This document shows, one piece after another, positions 45,946 through 64,000 of a DNA stretch of 64,000 bases. The stretch's first letter is position 1. Every line of letters starts with the position of its first letter. Under the pieces are notes generated by a model, which did not search any database, was not told the origin of the DNA, and worked only from the letters and a program-made list of their open reading frames with translations. This DNA comes from the human T2T-CHM13v2.0 reference genome, Homo sapiens, in the NCBI RefSeq assembly GCF_009914755.1, contig NC_060931.1; one strand, given 5' to 3'. The position numbers were made by a program, and so were the translations under genes.

Positions 45946-46281
45946 TTAAGCTTGTCCTGTACATTTCATTTACAAAGGACTTTCACAAGCATGAATGGAG
46001 GTGACCCCACCACACCCCAGGTTTCGGATAAGGAAACCGAGGCTTCAGTAGGAAGTACTGTACCCCACGTCACGCAGGCAGTGGGGGATGAGAATGAACT
46101 TGAGCCCCTCATCTGACTCCACCCCCCACTCTCACCTTCACTCCCCTGCTCTCCCTCTTCCCCCGAGGACTGACTGTTCCTGACCTCTGCACTTGGGCAT
46201 CTTCACCGTGCAGTGTGACTCAAATGCTTCCTTCTCTCCTCTGCTGATTCAGACCAGCTCAGTGTGTGCCACCTCCCCTAG

Positions 46282-46631
<350 letters not shown>

Positions 46632-46771
46632 TAATAGAGACGGGGTTTCTCCATGTTGGTCAGGCTGCTCTCCAACTCCTGACCTCAGGTGATCTGCCCG
46701 CCTTGGCCTCCCAAAGTGCTGGGATTACAGGCATGAGCCACTGCGCCTGGCCAATTATTATTATTTTTTGA

Positions 46772-47133
<362 letters not shown>

Positions 47134-47845
47134 TAGCCCACTGCAGCCTTGAACTCCGGGCTCAAGTGATCCTCCCGCTTCAGCCTCTCCAGTAGCTGAA
47201 ACTACAGGCACACGCCACCACGCCCAGCTAATTTTTATTTTTATTTTGTAGAGATGGGGTTTCACTATGTTGCCCCGGCTGGTCTAAAATTCCTGGCCTC
47301 AAGCGATCCTCCTGCCTCCGCCTTCCGAAGTGCTGGGATTATAGGCTTGAGTCACCACCGTGCCCAGCATACATCTGCTTTCTGAATATTTGAGAGGCGG
47401 AAGGCACAAGGCGTGACAATTGATGGGATTTGGGATGTAAAGAGCAAGAGAGGACTCAAGCACAGTCGCCTCGAGGTTTCTAGCCCCGGCTGCTGTCACC
47501 AACCACTCTCAGGAAGGTAGGCAGAAGGTTACGCAGGAGAAACCGTAGGGGTAGTTCTGAGGCCCTGGAAGGGGTAGTTCTGAGGCCCCCGGGGGTGCGG
47601 AGCTGCAGGTCCAGGGAGGAGTGGTGAGGCTGGAGGAAGGTGAGGCTGGAGGAGGAGGTTCAGGAGGCTCTGAGGTAAAGATGGAGGCTGGGGCCTTGGG
47701 AGTCGAGGAGTTTACCCAAGACGAAGCATCTGTGTGGAAGAAAAGATAAGGCTGGGCGCAGTGGCTCACGCCTGTAAACCAAGCGCTTTGGGAGGCCGAG
47801 GTGGGCGGATCATCTGTGGTCAGGAGTTCGAGACCAGCCTGGTCA

Positions 47846-48190
<345 letters not shown>

Positions 48191-48638
48191 GGCTGGGTGT
48201 GGCGGCTCACTTCTGTAATCCTGGCACTTCAAGAGCCAAGGTGGGAGGATTGTTTGAGCCGAGAAATTTGAGACCAGCCTGGCAACATGATCTCTACAAA
48301 AAATATAGAAATTAGCCAGGCGTTGTGGTGCCAGCCTGTAGTCCCAGCTACCCAGGAGGCTGAGGAAGGAGGATCGCTTGAGTCCAGGAGTTTGAGGCTG
48401 CAGTGGGCTATGATCACATCACTGCTCTCCGGCCTGGGCAACAGTGCAAGGTCATGTCTCAAAAAAAAAATCCCAGCTGGCTTTTTTTTTTTTTTTGAGA
48501 TGGAGTCTTGCTCTGTTGCCCAAGCTGGAGTGCAGTGGCGGACGATCAGCCTCAGGGCAGGCCATCTAGAAGAATTACCAAAAACACCAACCCATTTGTC
48601 TCTCTATAAAGTGCTGACATTTGTGCTCTGCAACGTAC

Positions 48639-50555
48639 AGCTGAGAGAGCACAAAACTTGTCTGACTCAGCACAGTCTAGGAAGTCAAGCAGCTCAATCT
48701 TGAACAGGACAGTGGTGTTTGGGGGGATCAAGGGAGGGGAGCCCAGCGTTCCATAGGCGTAGTTCGGTTTGAACAGAAACCTGGCCAGCTCTCCTCTCTG
48801 CATGCTCAGAAGGCCCAGCTCCATGCCCCACAATGTAATATCTGTAAGAAGGGACAAAGAAGGTGGGTGAAGCTTGCTCAGTATCCTGCTTAATGCTATC
48901 AGTTTCTTCCCCCTCTAAGTCAGCAGTACTCTGGCCTCCATGTCTCCCTCACACAGTTCCCTCTTCCTGCAATGTCTTCCTCCTGAGCCTGTGCCCAGCT
49001 TCTAGTGATAGAAATTTTATTCAAACTTCCGGGCTCAGTTCAAATGCCCCCTCTTCCAGGAAGCCTTCCCTGAACTTCCCAGCTAGAATTAATCATGCCT
49101 TCATTAAGCACACCCACAACACTGCTTTCACCTCCCAGGCACTCATCCGATTCTACCAAGTGAGCTGAGTGCAGGTCAGTCTCCTCTACTACATTGTGAG
49201 GTCCTTAAGGGTGGAGATGTTCTAATCTTCTGAGTACAACCTCTCTTTTCACCATGTATTGTGGGAAGTAAGCATTCGTCGATTTTTACTTAATAAATGA
49301 ACAAAGAAACATTCCCAGTGGTGAGTTAAGTCAGAGTGCAAAGATTATACCTTGCCCATTAAGCCATCTCCCAAATGCCTAGGTCTCAAGGGGAGAGAAC
49401 ATGGCTGTTTTACCAAAACCCAGCCTCAGCAAAGTCAATTCAAAGAACCTGCGCTCTGAGCAGTCTTCCCAGCCTGAGGCATGGTGCCTCATCTCGCTCC
49501 TAAACAATCCCTTCTTCTCCAGCTCCTACTCTGAATTTACCCTCTCCAAGTTTCATTAGCCGAGGAGTTTTCCTAAAGTAATTAGAATCGAAGGGTCTGT
49601 CCAAGTGTTCCAGGTATCCATAGTATTTCACTAGAATAGAGGAAAGAATGTAAGGAAAATGGACCCAAAACACCCACGCCACCATAATATCGAGTCTCTC
49701 ATGATCACACAGAAACAATGCGATCAGATGAGCTTAAGCTGCCCGACACCACGAGGTACAGGAATAAATCTCTCTGCATTTTAGGAGCCTACCCTTCGGC
49801 TCAGAGGTTCAAGAGCTTCATGGAAGCATCACGCAAAGGGGACATAGGGGTCCTTAGCTTTCCTCTTAAAAAAACTAATTCATGGCAGAAGCAGCGGCTC
49901 ACGCTTGTAATCCCAGCTACTGGGGAGGCTGAGGTGGGAGGATCACTTGGGACCAGGAGTCTGAGACCAGCCTGGGCAACATAGAAAGTGCCCCATCTCT
50001 ACAAAAATATTAAAAATTAGCCGGGCATGGTGGATTGCGCCTGTAAATCTCTTATTTGGGAGGCTGAGGCTGGAGAATCACTTGAGCCCAGGAAGCAGAG
50101 GCTGCAGTGAGCTATGTTCGCACCACTGCACTCCAGCCTGGGGAACTGAGCGAGACCCCGTTTCAAAAACAAAAATCCACTTCAAACAAAGCATTTCCAA
50201 CCCCATTAAATGCTTTTTGAAAATGAGGCCTCTCTCTTCCCAACAGAGTGCGATGACATGGATCCTGCGGACAAACCGCCCCAGGGCGTACCTAGCACCG
50301 AAGCATCAGGCGCCACTAGGTCTCCAGCTCCTTCTCGGATGACGTCCTTCAGCACGCCCCGGTCCCCCGAGATGTCCAGCATCCTCTGACTTAACCGCTC
50401 GTACAGGGACTGATGGAGAATGAAAGCCAGGCCTCAGAGCCGCAGACCCACCCGGCCACCCCTCAGCGTCTACGCCCCCGAAACGTCTGGGCCCTCACCT
50501 GGCCGGGGGCGTCGTCCCCTTCCAGGACTCCCTGGTTTAACGCGCTTCCCCCCAT
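48639..50555 (-). pseudogene. Partial FKBP6 duplicate, exons 1-4 (FKBP-type PPIase domain, no TPR); open 156 codons: join(50555-50499,50409-50292,49630-49541,48841-48639)
   Basis: MGGSALNQGVLEGDDAPGQ|SLYERLSQRMLDISGDRGVLKDVIREGAGDLVAPDASVLV|KYYGYLEHLDRPFDSNYFRKTPRLMKLGE|DITLWGMELGLLSMQRGELARFLFKPNYAYGTLGSPPLIPPNTTVLFKIELLDFLDCAESDKFCALSA. All junctions are GT-AG. No later FKBP6 exons are seen. Confidence 0.92.
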
Positions 50556-50689
50556 GTCCTAGCTGCCCTCCCTGTGGCGTGAGCCTTCGGCCTGGTGCGC
50601 CCCGCTGCCCTTCCTGGCTGTGACTCTGGTGGGGTTCCGAAGGCCCCTTTATGCCCGGCAGACCCCTACCGACGGCGGCATTACATTCT

Positions 50690-50777
50690 GGGGCCACGAG
50701 GAGGCACTCATCGTTTCGTTCCAACCGCCGCCAACGGCCCTGGCCCTCGCGAGCTCTGGAACTACAGAGGTCGCACG
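50690..50777 (+). other. TRIM73: Probable non-coding first exon of the TRIM gene (start approximate)
   Basis: Strong donor G|GTGAGT after 50777; the next exon acceptor ttcag at 54200 is 18 nt before the ATG. Confidence 0.6.
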
Positions 50778-50814
50778 GTGAGTTGCCAGGTGTGGCCCGT
50801 AATCGGAGCGCACA

Positions 50815-51205
50815 AAACATGATGGGACACGTAACGGGACCACACAGGGCACATTGGGCACTTGCAGGGGCGCGAGGTGGCGGCACGTAATGGGAGCGCG
50901 CTGAGCATGATGGGGCATGTGCGGGAGCGCCAGGCGGGGCATGTAACCAGAGCGTGCGGGGCATGATGGGGCACGGACATGGGGGGTTAGGTGGGGCACG
51001 TAATTGGAGCTCGCGGGGCAGGATGGGGCATCTAACTGGAGCGACAGAGAGCACGATGGGGCACTTACAGGGGCCGGAGGCTGGGTACGTAATGAGAGCG
51101 AGCGGGAAATGATGGGGCACCTAACGAGCACGCAGAGCATGATGGGGCACGGGTGCGAGGTGGGGCGCACAGTGGGAGCGCGTGGGGCATGATGGGACAC
51201 ATGGC
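50815..51205 (+). repeat. Degenerate GC-rich tandem repeat (core ATGATGGGGCAC, ~8 copies)
   Basis: Cores near 50819, 50907, 50963, 51020, 51053, 51109, 51139 and 51189. Confidence 0.8.
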
Positions 51206-51540
51206 GAGGCCGTCAGGGCACAGGGGAAGCACTTTTGGAACACGTGAGTGACAGGGCTGCCGCCCTTGAAGGAGCCCTCGGAGTGGCTGCGTGGTGGGGC
51301 ACGTGGGGCAGGTTCAGGAAAAAGGATGCAGCATGTGATTGCAGGGCAACCTGGTGAGGACACGAGAGCCACCTGCCACCAGCAGGGTTCAGGGCTCCCA
51401 GCTGTGGGTTACTTCCACCTTCTTTCACTTTCCCTCTTCCATTGTATTCTAGAGAATTTAGGCCCAGACAAGACACTGATTGATTGATTGATTGATTGAT
51501 TGACAGAGGCTCGCTCTGAGCCCAGGCTGGAGTTCAGTGA

Positions 51541-51741
<201 letters not shown>

Positions 51742-52249
51742 TGACCTCCCAAAGTGCTGGGATTATAGGCGTAGGCTACAGCCAACTTTCAATACTGCCC
51801 CATTGGGGGTTACGTTTCCAACACATGAAATTAGGAGGATACATTCAAACCACAGCAGTATATTATGACCATAATATTCATTAACTGTGTAACAGGCTGG
51901 GCGCGGTGGCTCACACCTGTAATCCCAGCACTTTGGGAGACCAGAGTGGGTAGATCACTCGAGGTCAGGAGTTTGAGACCAGCCTGGCCCACATGATGAA
52001 ACCGCCTCTCTACTAAAAATACAAAAAATTAGCCGGTGTGGTGGCAGGCGCCTGTAACCTCAGCTACTTGGGAGGCTGAGGCAGGAGAATCACTTGAATC
52101 CGGGAGGTGGAGGTGGCAGTGAGCCTGATTGCACCACTGCACTCCAGCCTGGGCAACAAGAGCAAAACTCTGTCTCAATAAACAAACAAACAAACAAAAC
52201 CTGTATAACAGAGTGTCATTGAATTTCTAAACGTTGAAAGACTTCACAT

Positions 52250-52550
52250 TAAAAAAAAACTCACAATTTAATATTATTGAGTGAAAGAAACCAGACACAA
52301 AAGGGTACATTCTATATGATGCTGTTTATGTGACATTCAAAAACAGGCCACATGACAACATGGTAATAAGGACAGTGGCTGTCCTTGTTAGGAGTTATGA
52401 CTGGAAGGAGGCAGGAGGGAGCTTTCTGGAAACACTGTACATCTTGCTCTTGAGAGTGCACGTATATACATCAAGTGTTTATCAAGCTGTGTGGTTAAGA
52501 TTTGCACACTTGTATATGTTATACCTCGATTTAAAAAATCTAAATAAGTA
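52250..52550 (+). mobile_element. Old L1M 3' end fragment
   Basis: ATATTGAGTGAAAGAAACCAGACACAAAAGGGTACATTCTATATGAT...TTCAAAAACAGGC...TATGTTATACCTC. Confidence 0.7.
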
Positions 52551-52940
52551 AATAAAGATACCTTCAAATCTTTTAAAAAAAAAAAAAAAAGAGGCCAGGT
52601 TCGGCGGCTCACACCTGTAATCCCAGCACTTTGGGAGGCTGAGGTAGGAGGATTGCTTGAGGCCAGGAGTTCAAAACCAGCCCAGGCAACAAAGTGAGAC
52701 CCCTGTCTCTACTAAAGTAAATAAAACAATAAAATAAAAAAAAAAATTCGAGAGATCGAACCATCATCTGCCAGTTTGTATTAGAAAAAAAGAGAGAGAG
52801 AAGGAAGACTGCGTGCAATAAGGCTCATGCCTGTAATCCCAGCACTTTGGGAGGCCAAGGTGGGAGGATTGCTTGAGCCCAGAAGTTGAAGACCAGCCTG
52901 GGCAACAAAGCAAGACCCGGTATCTACAAAAAAAATTTTA

Positions 52941-53219
<279 letters not shown>

Positions 53220-53948
53220 CTAGTCCCTCTGTTTCTGCCCCTCCTCCACAGTGGCCAAGGCCAGCACTTGAATGTTATCAGAGCAGGCCCAACAAAGGCT
53301 GCCTCCCCAGTCCTGTGATGTAACCCAGTTTCCACCTGATTCTGGTGACCTTGGGGACACAGGGGTGTTGCTGGGGAAGGGGAGGAGAGAAGGGGCAGAG
53401 ACCAGGCAGTGGTGCAGGCGTCCAGCTGCACTTCCCACTTCTGACTCTGTGCCTGCTGTTCCCTGCTGGGAAGAAGAAAAGCCAGTGATGCTGGCTTGAG
53501 GCTGTAGTGGGAGGCCCAGCGGATTGTGAGAAGCCAGGTATTCCAATGTCGGGCTCTCGCTGGGGGCTTCTGGTGCTTCTTCTGTCTCACTGACAAGCTT
53601 TCATAGGGGAGCAGGTGGGAGATCAGGGTAGAGGCCTTGTAGGTTCCAGGCTCTCTAGAATTACCTGGGAGTGTCACCTATAAGTGTAGAGTTCTGGGTC
53701 TCACTGGAGACCCCCTGAAGCAGATCCTTTGAAGGTGGGCCTCTAGAATCTCTATTACACCTATGCTTTCAACAGTTTCCTGAAAGTTTGGGAACTGATC
53801 TAGAAGGTGGGGAGCTTGCCTAGGTTTTGCTGTTCAGTTCTAGGTCCGGATGCATGCTGGGGCTGGACCTTGCATTATTAGTGTCACTGCAAATGACCCT
53901 GCAGATGGCCCCTTTCATGCTTGTCTCCAAATTTGAGTAAAAAATGTA

Positions 53949-53949
<1 letters not shown>

Positions 53950-53991
<42 letters not shown>
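53950..53991. repeat. (CA)20 microsatellite in TRIM intron 1
   Basis: Direct reading. Confidence 0.95.
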
Positions 53992-53993
<2 letters not shown>

Positions 53994-54200
53994 ATCTTCA
54001 AGGGACCAGTTTTTTCACTGCAGTCTTTTGTTTTACAGCTGTGGAAACTGAGGCCCAAGGTCATGTGGGTTAGGACTGGGATCCAGGACTCAAAGTGTTT
54101 CCTCTAAAATTCTGGTGCTCCTTAGGGTTGAGGGTGGTGGGTGAGTGCTGGACAGGGGGAGGGGAGTGGACAGGACTGAGGTCGGATGCCTGTGTTTCAG

Positions 54201-60599
<6,399 letters not shown>

Positions 60600-61454
60600 T
60601 AGCTGGCTCTATAACTGAGCCTGGGGAAGATAGAGGAAAGTCACATCCCTGCCTTCAAGGGTCTCGCAGACAGGTGGGGAGGCAGATGGTGAACTGTGGG
60701 TACCTAGAACAGCAGAAGTTCACTCAAGCTACAGAAATACTAGAGGAGGGTAGCTCATGCCTGCAATCCCAGTACTTTGGGAGGCCAAGGCAGGAGTATT
60801 GCTGGAGGCCGGGAGTTCGAGACCAGCCTGGCCAATGTAGTAACACCCCCGTCTCTACAAAAAATACAAAAATAAAAAAATTAGTTGGGCATGGTGGCAT
60901 GCGCCTATAGTCCCTGCTACTCATAAGGCTGAGGTGGGAGGATTGCTTGAGCCCAAAGTTTGATGCTGCAGTGAGTCATGATCATGCTACTGCATGATCC
61001 AGCCTGGGTGACAGAGCGAGACCCTGTCTCAGAAAACAAAACACTAGAGGAGGAGCAGGTGTCTGGGAGGCCTGGCAGAGGGGCACACGCCTGATGGCTG
61101 AGAAGGGCCCAGGACCCGAGTTTGCCAGGCAAGCCGAGGGAACAGTCCTGTAAAAGGGGGAGTGGCGTGCGGACTCTGGTTATGAGAAGTTCAGGGTGGC
61201 TGGATGTAAGGCAGGATATCAGGAGGAGTGGGAGCTGGGAGAGGTGGGAAATGGCCAGAAGCAACATCCAGGAGCACCAGGCATCCCTTGCTTACCGTCC
61301 TCACCCTTGCGCAGCAGGCAGTATCAGCCCTGCCTGAAACTTGCTCTGCAGATTGTGGGAAGAGAGCGGATCCATGTTCTAGACCCAACAAACGAACACG
61401 TGCAGTTCCCAAGCCTTCCTCACTCCCTGTTTATGGGAGACTCCTTGTTTCTCA

Positions 61455-61869
<415 letters not shown>

Positions 61870-62956
61870 TTATGCTCAAGTCTGCTTTTTTTTTTTTTTT
61901 TTTTTGAGATGGAGTCTCGCTCTGTCACCCAGGCTGGAGTGCAGTGGCACGATCTCAGCTCACTGCAACCTACACCTCTCAGGTTCAAGTGATCTCCTGC
62001 CTCAGCCTCCCGAGTAGCTGGGATTACAGGTGTGCACCCCATGCTCAGCTAATTTTTTTATTTTTAATATAGATGGGGTTTTGCCATGTTGACCATGCTG
62101 GTCTCGAACTCCTGACCTCAAATGATTCGCCTGCCTCGGCCTCCCAAAGTGCTGGGATTACAGGCGTGAGCCACCGTGCCCAGCCTTGAGTCTTTATTTT
62201 TAGAGACAGGATCTTGCTCTGTCACCCAGGCTGGAGCGCAGTGGTGCAACTGTAGCTCACTGCAGCCTTGACCTCCCAGGCTCAAGTGATCCTCCTGCCT
62301 CAGCCTCCTGAGTAGCTGGGACGACAAGTGTGTGCTACCATACCCAGCTAATATTTAAATTTTTAGTAGAGATGGGATCTTGCTATGTTACCCAGGCTGG
62401 TCTGGGCCTCAAGCAATCCTCCCACCTTGGCCTCCCAAAGTGTTGGGATTATAGGTGTGAGCCACTGTGCTTAGCCTCCCATAACCCTTTGATTCACGAT
62501 ACTCATAGGCTAAGTGGGTCCTGGAAGCTCCGGGGTAGCCTTCTAACCAAGATGCTGGCTCTGGCCACTGGAAGTCAAACTGGGTGCACAGACCAGTGAG
62601 AGGGCATGAGGGAGCCTAGCAGGGGTGAACAGCAACCCTCAGCCTCCCCACAGCCCTGCCTCTCCTCCTGCCTCTCCTCGGTCTCCTTTGAGGATTCAGC
62701 CTCTCGTCCTCACCACTTATGGTCTGAGGGCCTCCAGGCTCCTCTTCTGGCTGTCTACCCCTCCACACCCATAGCTCCAGTCATCACTTCCACAGGGATG
62801 ACTCAGAAGTTCCCTCTCCGGGAGACCCGTCCCTTACAGGCCACATCCAGTAGCGCTCCAGCCATTCAGCAGCTCCGCCTGGACGTCAAGGGCATGTCCA
62901 AAACCGCGCTCATGATCTTCCTACTCCCCCATCCCTGAGATTTATCCTGTGGCTGT

Positions 62957-63731
62957 GGTGTCCTGTGGCTACTGTAACAAATGACCACAAACTTGGTGGC
63001 TTCAAACAAATTTAATCTCTCATGGTTCTGAAGGCCAGATGTCCAAGATCACGATGACGGCAAGGCCGCGCTCCCTCTGGAGACTGTCGGGGAAAACCTG
63101 CCCCTTTCCTCTTCAGCTTCAGGTGGTGGCTGCCATGCCCTGGTGTTTCCTGGCCTGTGACCGCATCATTCCAATCTCTGCCTCCATCTTCACGTGGCCT
63201 TTTCTGTATGTGCCGGTCTAATCTTCCTCTGCTTCTCTCTTATTTTTTGTTTTTTGAGACAGAGTCTCACTCTGTTGCCCAGGCTGGAGTGCAGTGGTGT
63301 GATCTCGGCTCACTGCAACCGCCACTTCCCAGGTTCAAGCAATTCCCTTAACTTAGCCCCCTGAGTAGCTGGGATTACAGGCGTGCACTCAGCAAATTTT
63401 TGTATTTTTAGTAGAGACGTGGTTTCACCATGTTGGCTAGGCTGGTTGTGAACTCCTGGGCTCAAGGGATCCACCAGCCTCAGTCTCCCAAAGTGCTGGG
63501 ATTACAGGTGTGACCCACTGCGCTTCTCCCTATAAGAGAGGCCTTCCTCTGCCTCTCTCTTATAGGGATACTTGTGATGCCATGCAGGACCTGCCCAGAT
63601 AATCCAGGATAACCTTCTCTCCAAATCCTTCCCCTGATCACTCCTACAGATCTCTTCCATAGAAGGTGACATTTCCAGGCTCTAGGAATTAGGACCTGCT
63701 CTCTCTGGGTGGCCGTTGTTCACTCCACCAC
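62957..63731 (-). mobile_element. MLT1B/C-like MaLR LTR interrupted by an Alu
   Basis: GCTACTGTAACAAATGACCACAAACTTGGTGGCTT...TCCAATCTCTGCCTCCATCTTCACGTGGC...ATAATCCAGGATAA. Confidence 0.8.
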
Positions 63732-64000
63732 CCCAGGTTTCCCCATCCTACCAAAAGACACAGCAGCATTGTGTCAACTGCCCAAACTGAAAACCTATGA
63801 GTTATTCTCGACCTGACCTTTTTCCTGAGCAAGTTCTGTGGATTTAACTTAGCGGTCACACTGCCAACTTCAACCGAACTCCACTGCCACCAACTCAGTC
63901 CAGGCCACCAGTTCTTGTTTAGGTGACTGCCATGACCCCCATTGGTCTCTCCCTGCCTCAACTCTGTCCCCTCCATCCTATATCCCCACACTGTAACCAG

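Larger units (their letters stand above)
50250..51320. promoter_or_regulatory. Duplicated FKBP6/TRIM50 bidirectional CpG-island promoter
   Basis: CpG-dense. The FKBP6 ATG (50555, minus) lies ~220 bp from a plus-strand donor CACG|GTGAGT at 50777. Confidence 0.8.

Noticed and set aside
50470-51200. 216/183-aa Cys/Pro-rich minus-strand ORFs (CPIM repeats)
   Set aside because: They are the reverse translation of the degenerate ATGATGGGGCAC repeat in the promoter island.

Overview
Human (primate) Alu-dense genomic DNA. It matches a segmental-duplication (low-copy repeat) block of the 7q11.23 Williams-Beuren region. Gene order and orientation best fit the telomeric copy (SPDYE / PMS2P2 / STAG3L1 / FKBP6 pseudogene / TRIM73). 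The centromeric paralog (STAG3L3/TRIM74) is near-identical, so the paralog names are recalled and not certain. Left to right the window holds: (1) an AT-rich 3' UTR end, probably SPDYE; (2) a fragmented, internally deleted ERV1 provirus; (3) PMS2 exons 1-5 on the minus strand, with the ATG lost and the ATPase motifs mutated; (4) the duplicated PMS2/AIMP2 bidirectional CpG promoter carrying a 24-bp minisatellite; (5) an AIMP2 exon-1 copy that serves as first exon of a STAG3-derived unit with a 134-aa spliced ORF; (6) about 26 kb of repeat-rich spacer with an orphan CpG island; (7) FKBP6 exons 1-4 on the minus strand; (8) the duplicated FKBP6/TRIM50 bidirectional promoter; (9) a complete 250-aa RING/B-box/coiled-coil TRIM gene with no PRY-SPRY domain. 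No prokaryote-type system (CRISPR etc.) is present. The most interesting hypotheses concern domain-only 'decoy' products of the two captured bidirectional promoters: a ~59-aa AIMP2-N-terminal microprotein keeping a LysRS-binding motif, an ATPase-dead but frame-intact PMS2 N-domain with a newly gained Kozak ATG, a TPR-less FKBP6, and a TRIM lacking the RING linchpin Arg. Comparisons to parent proteins are from memory and need alignment.
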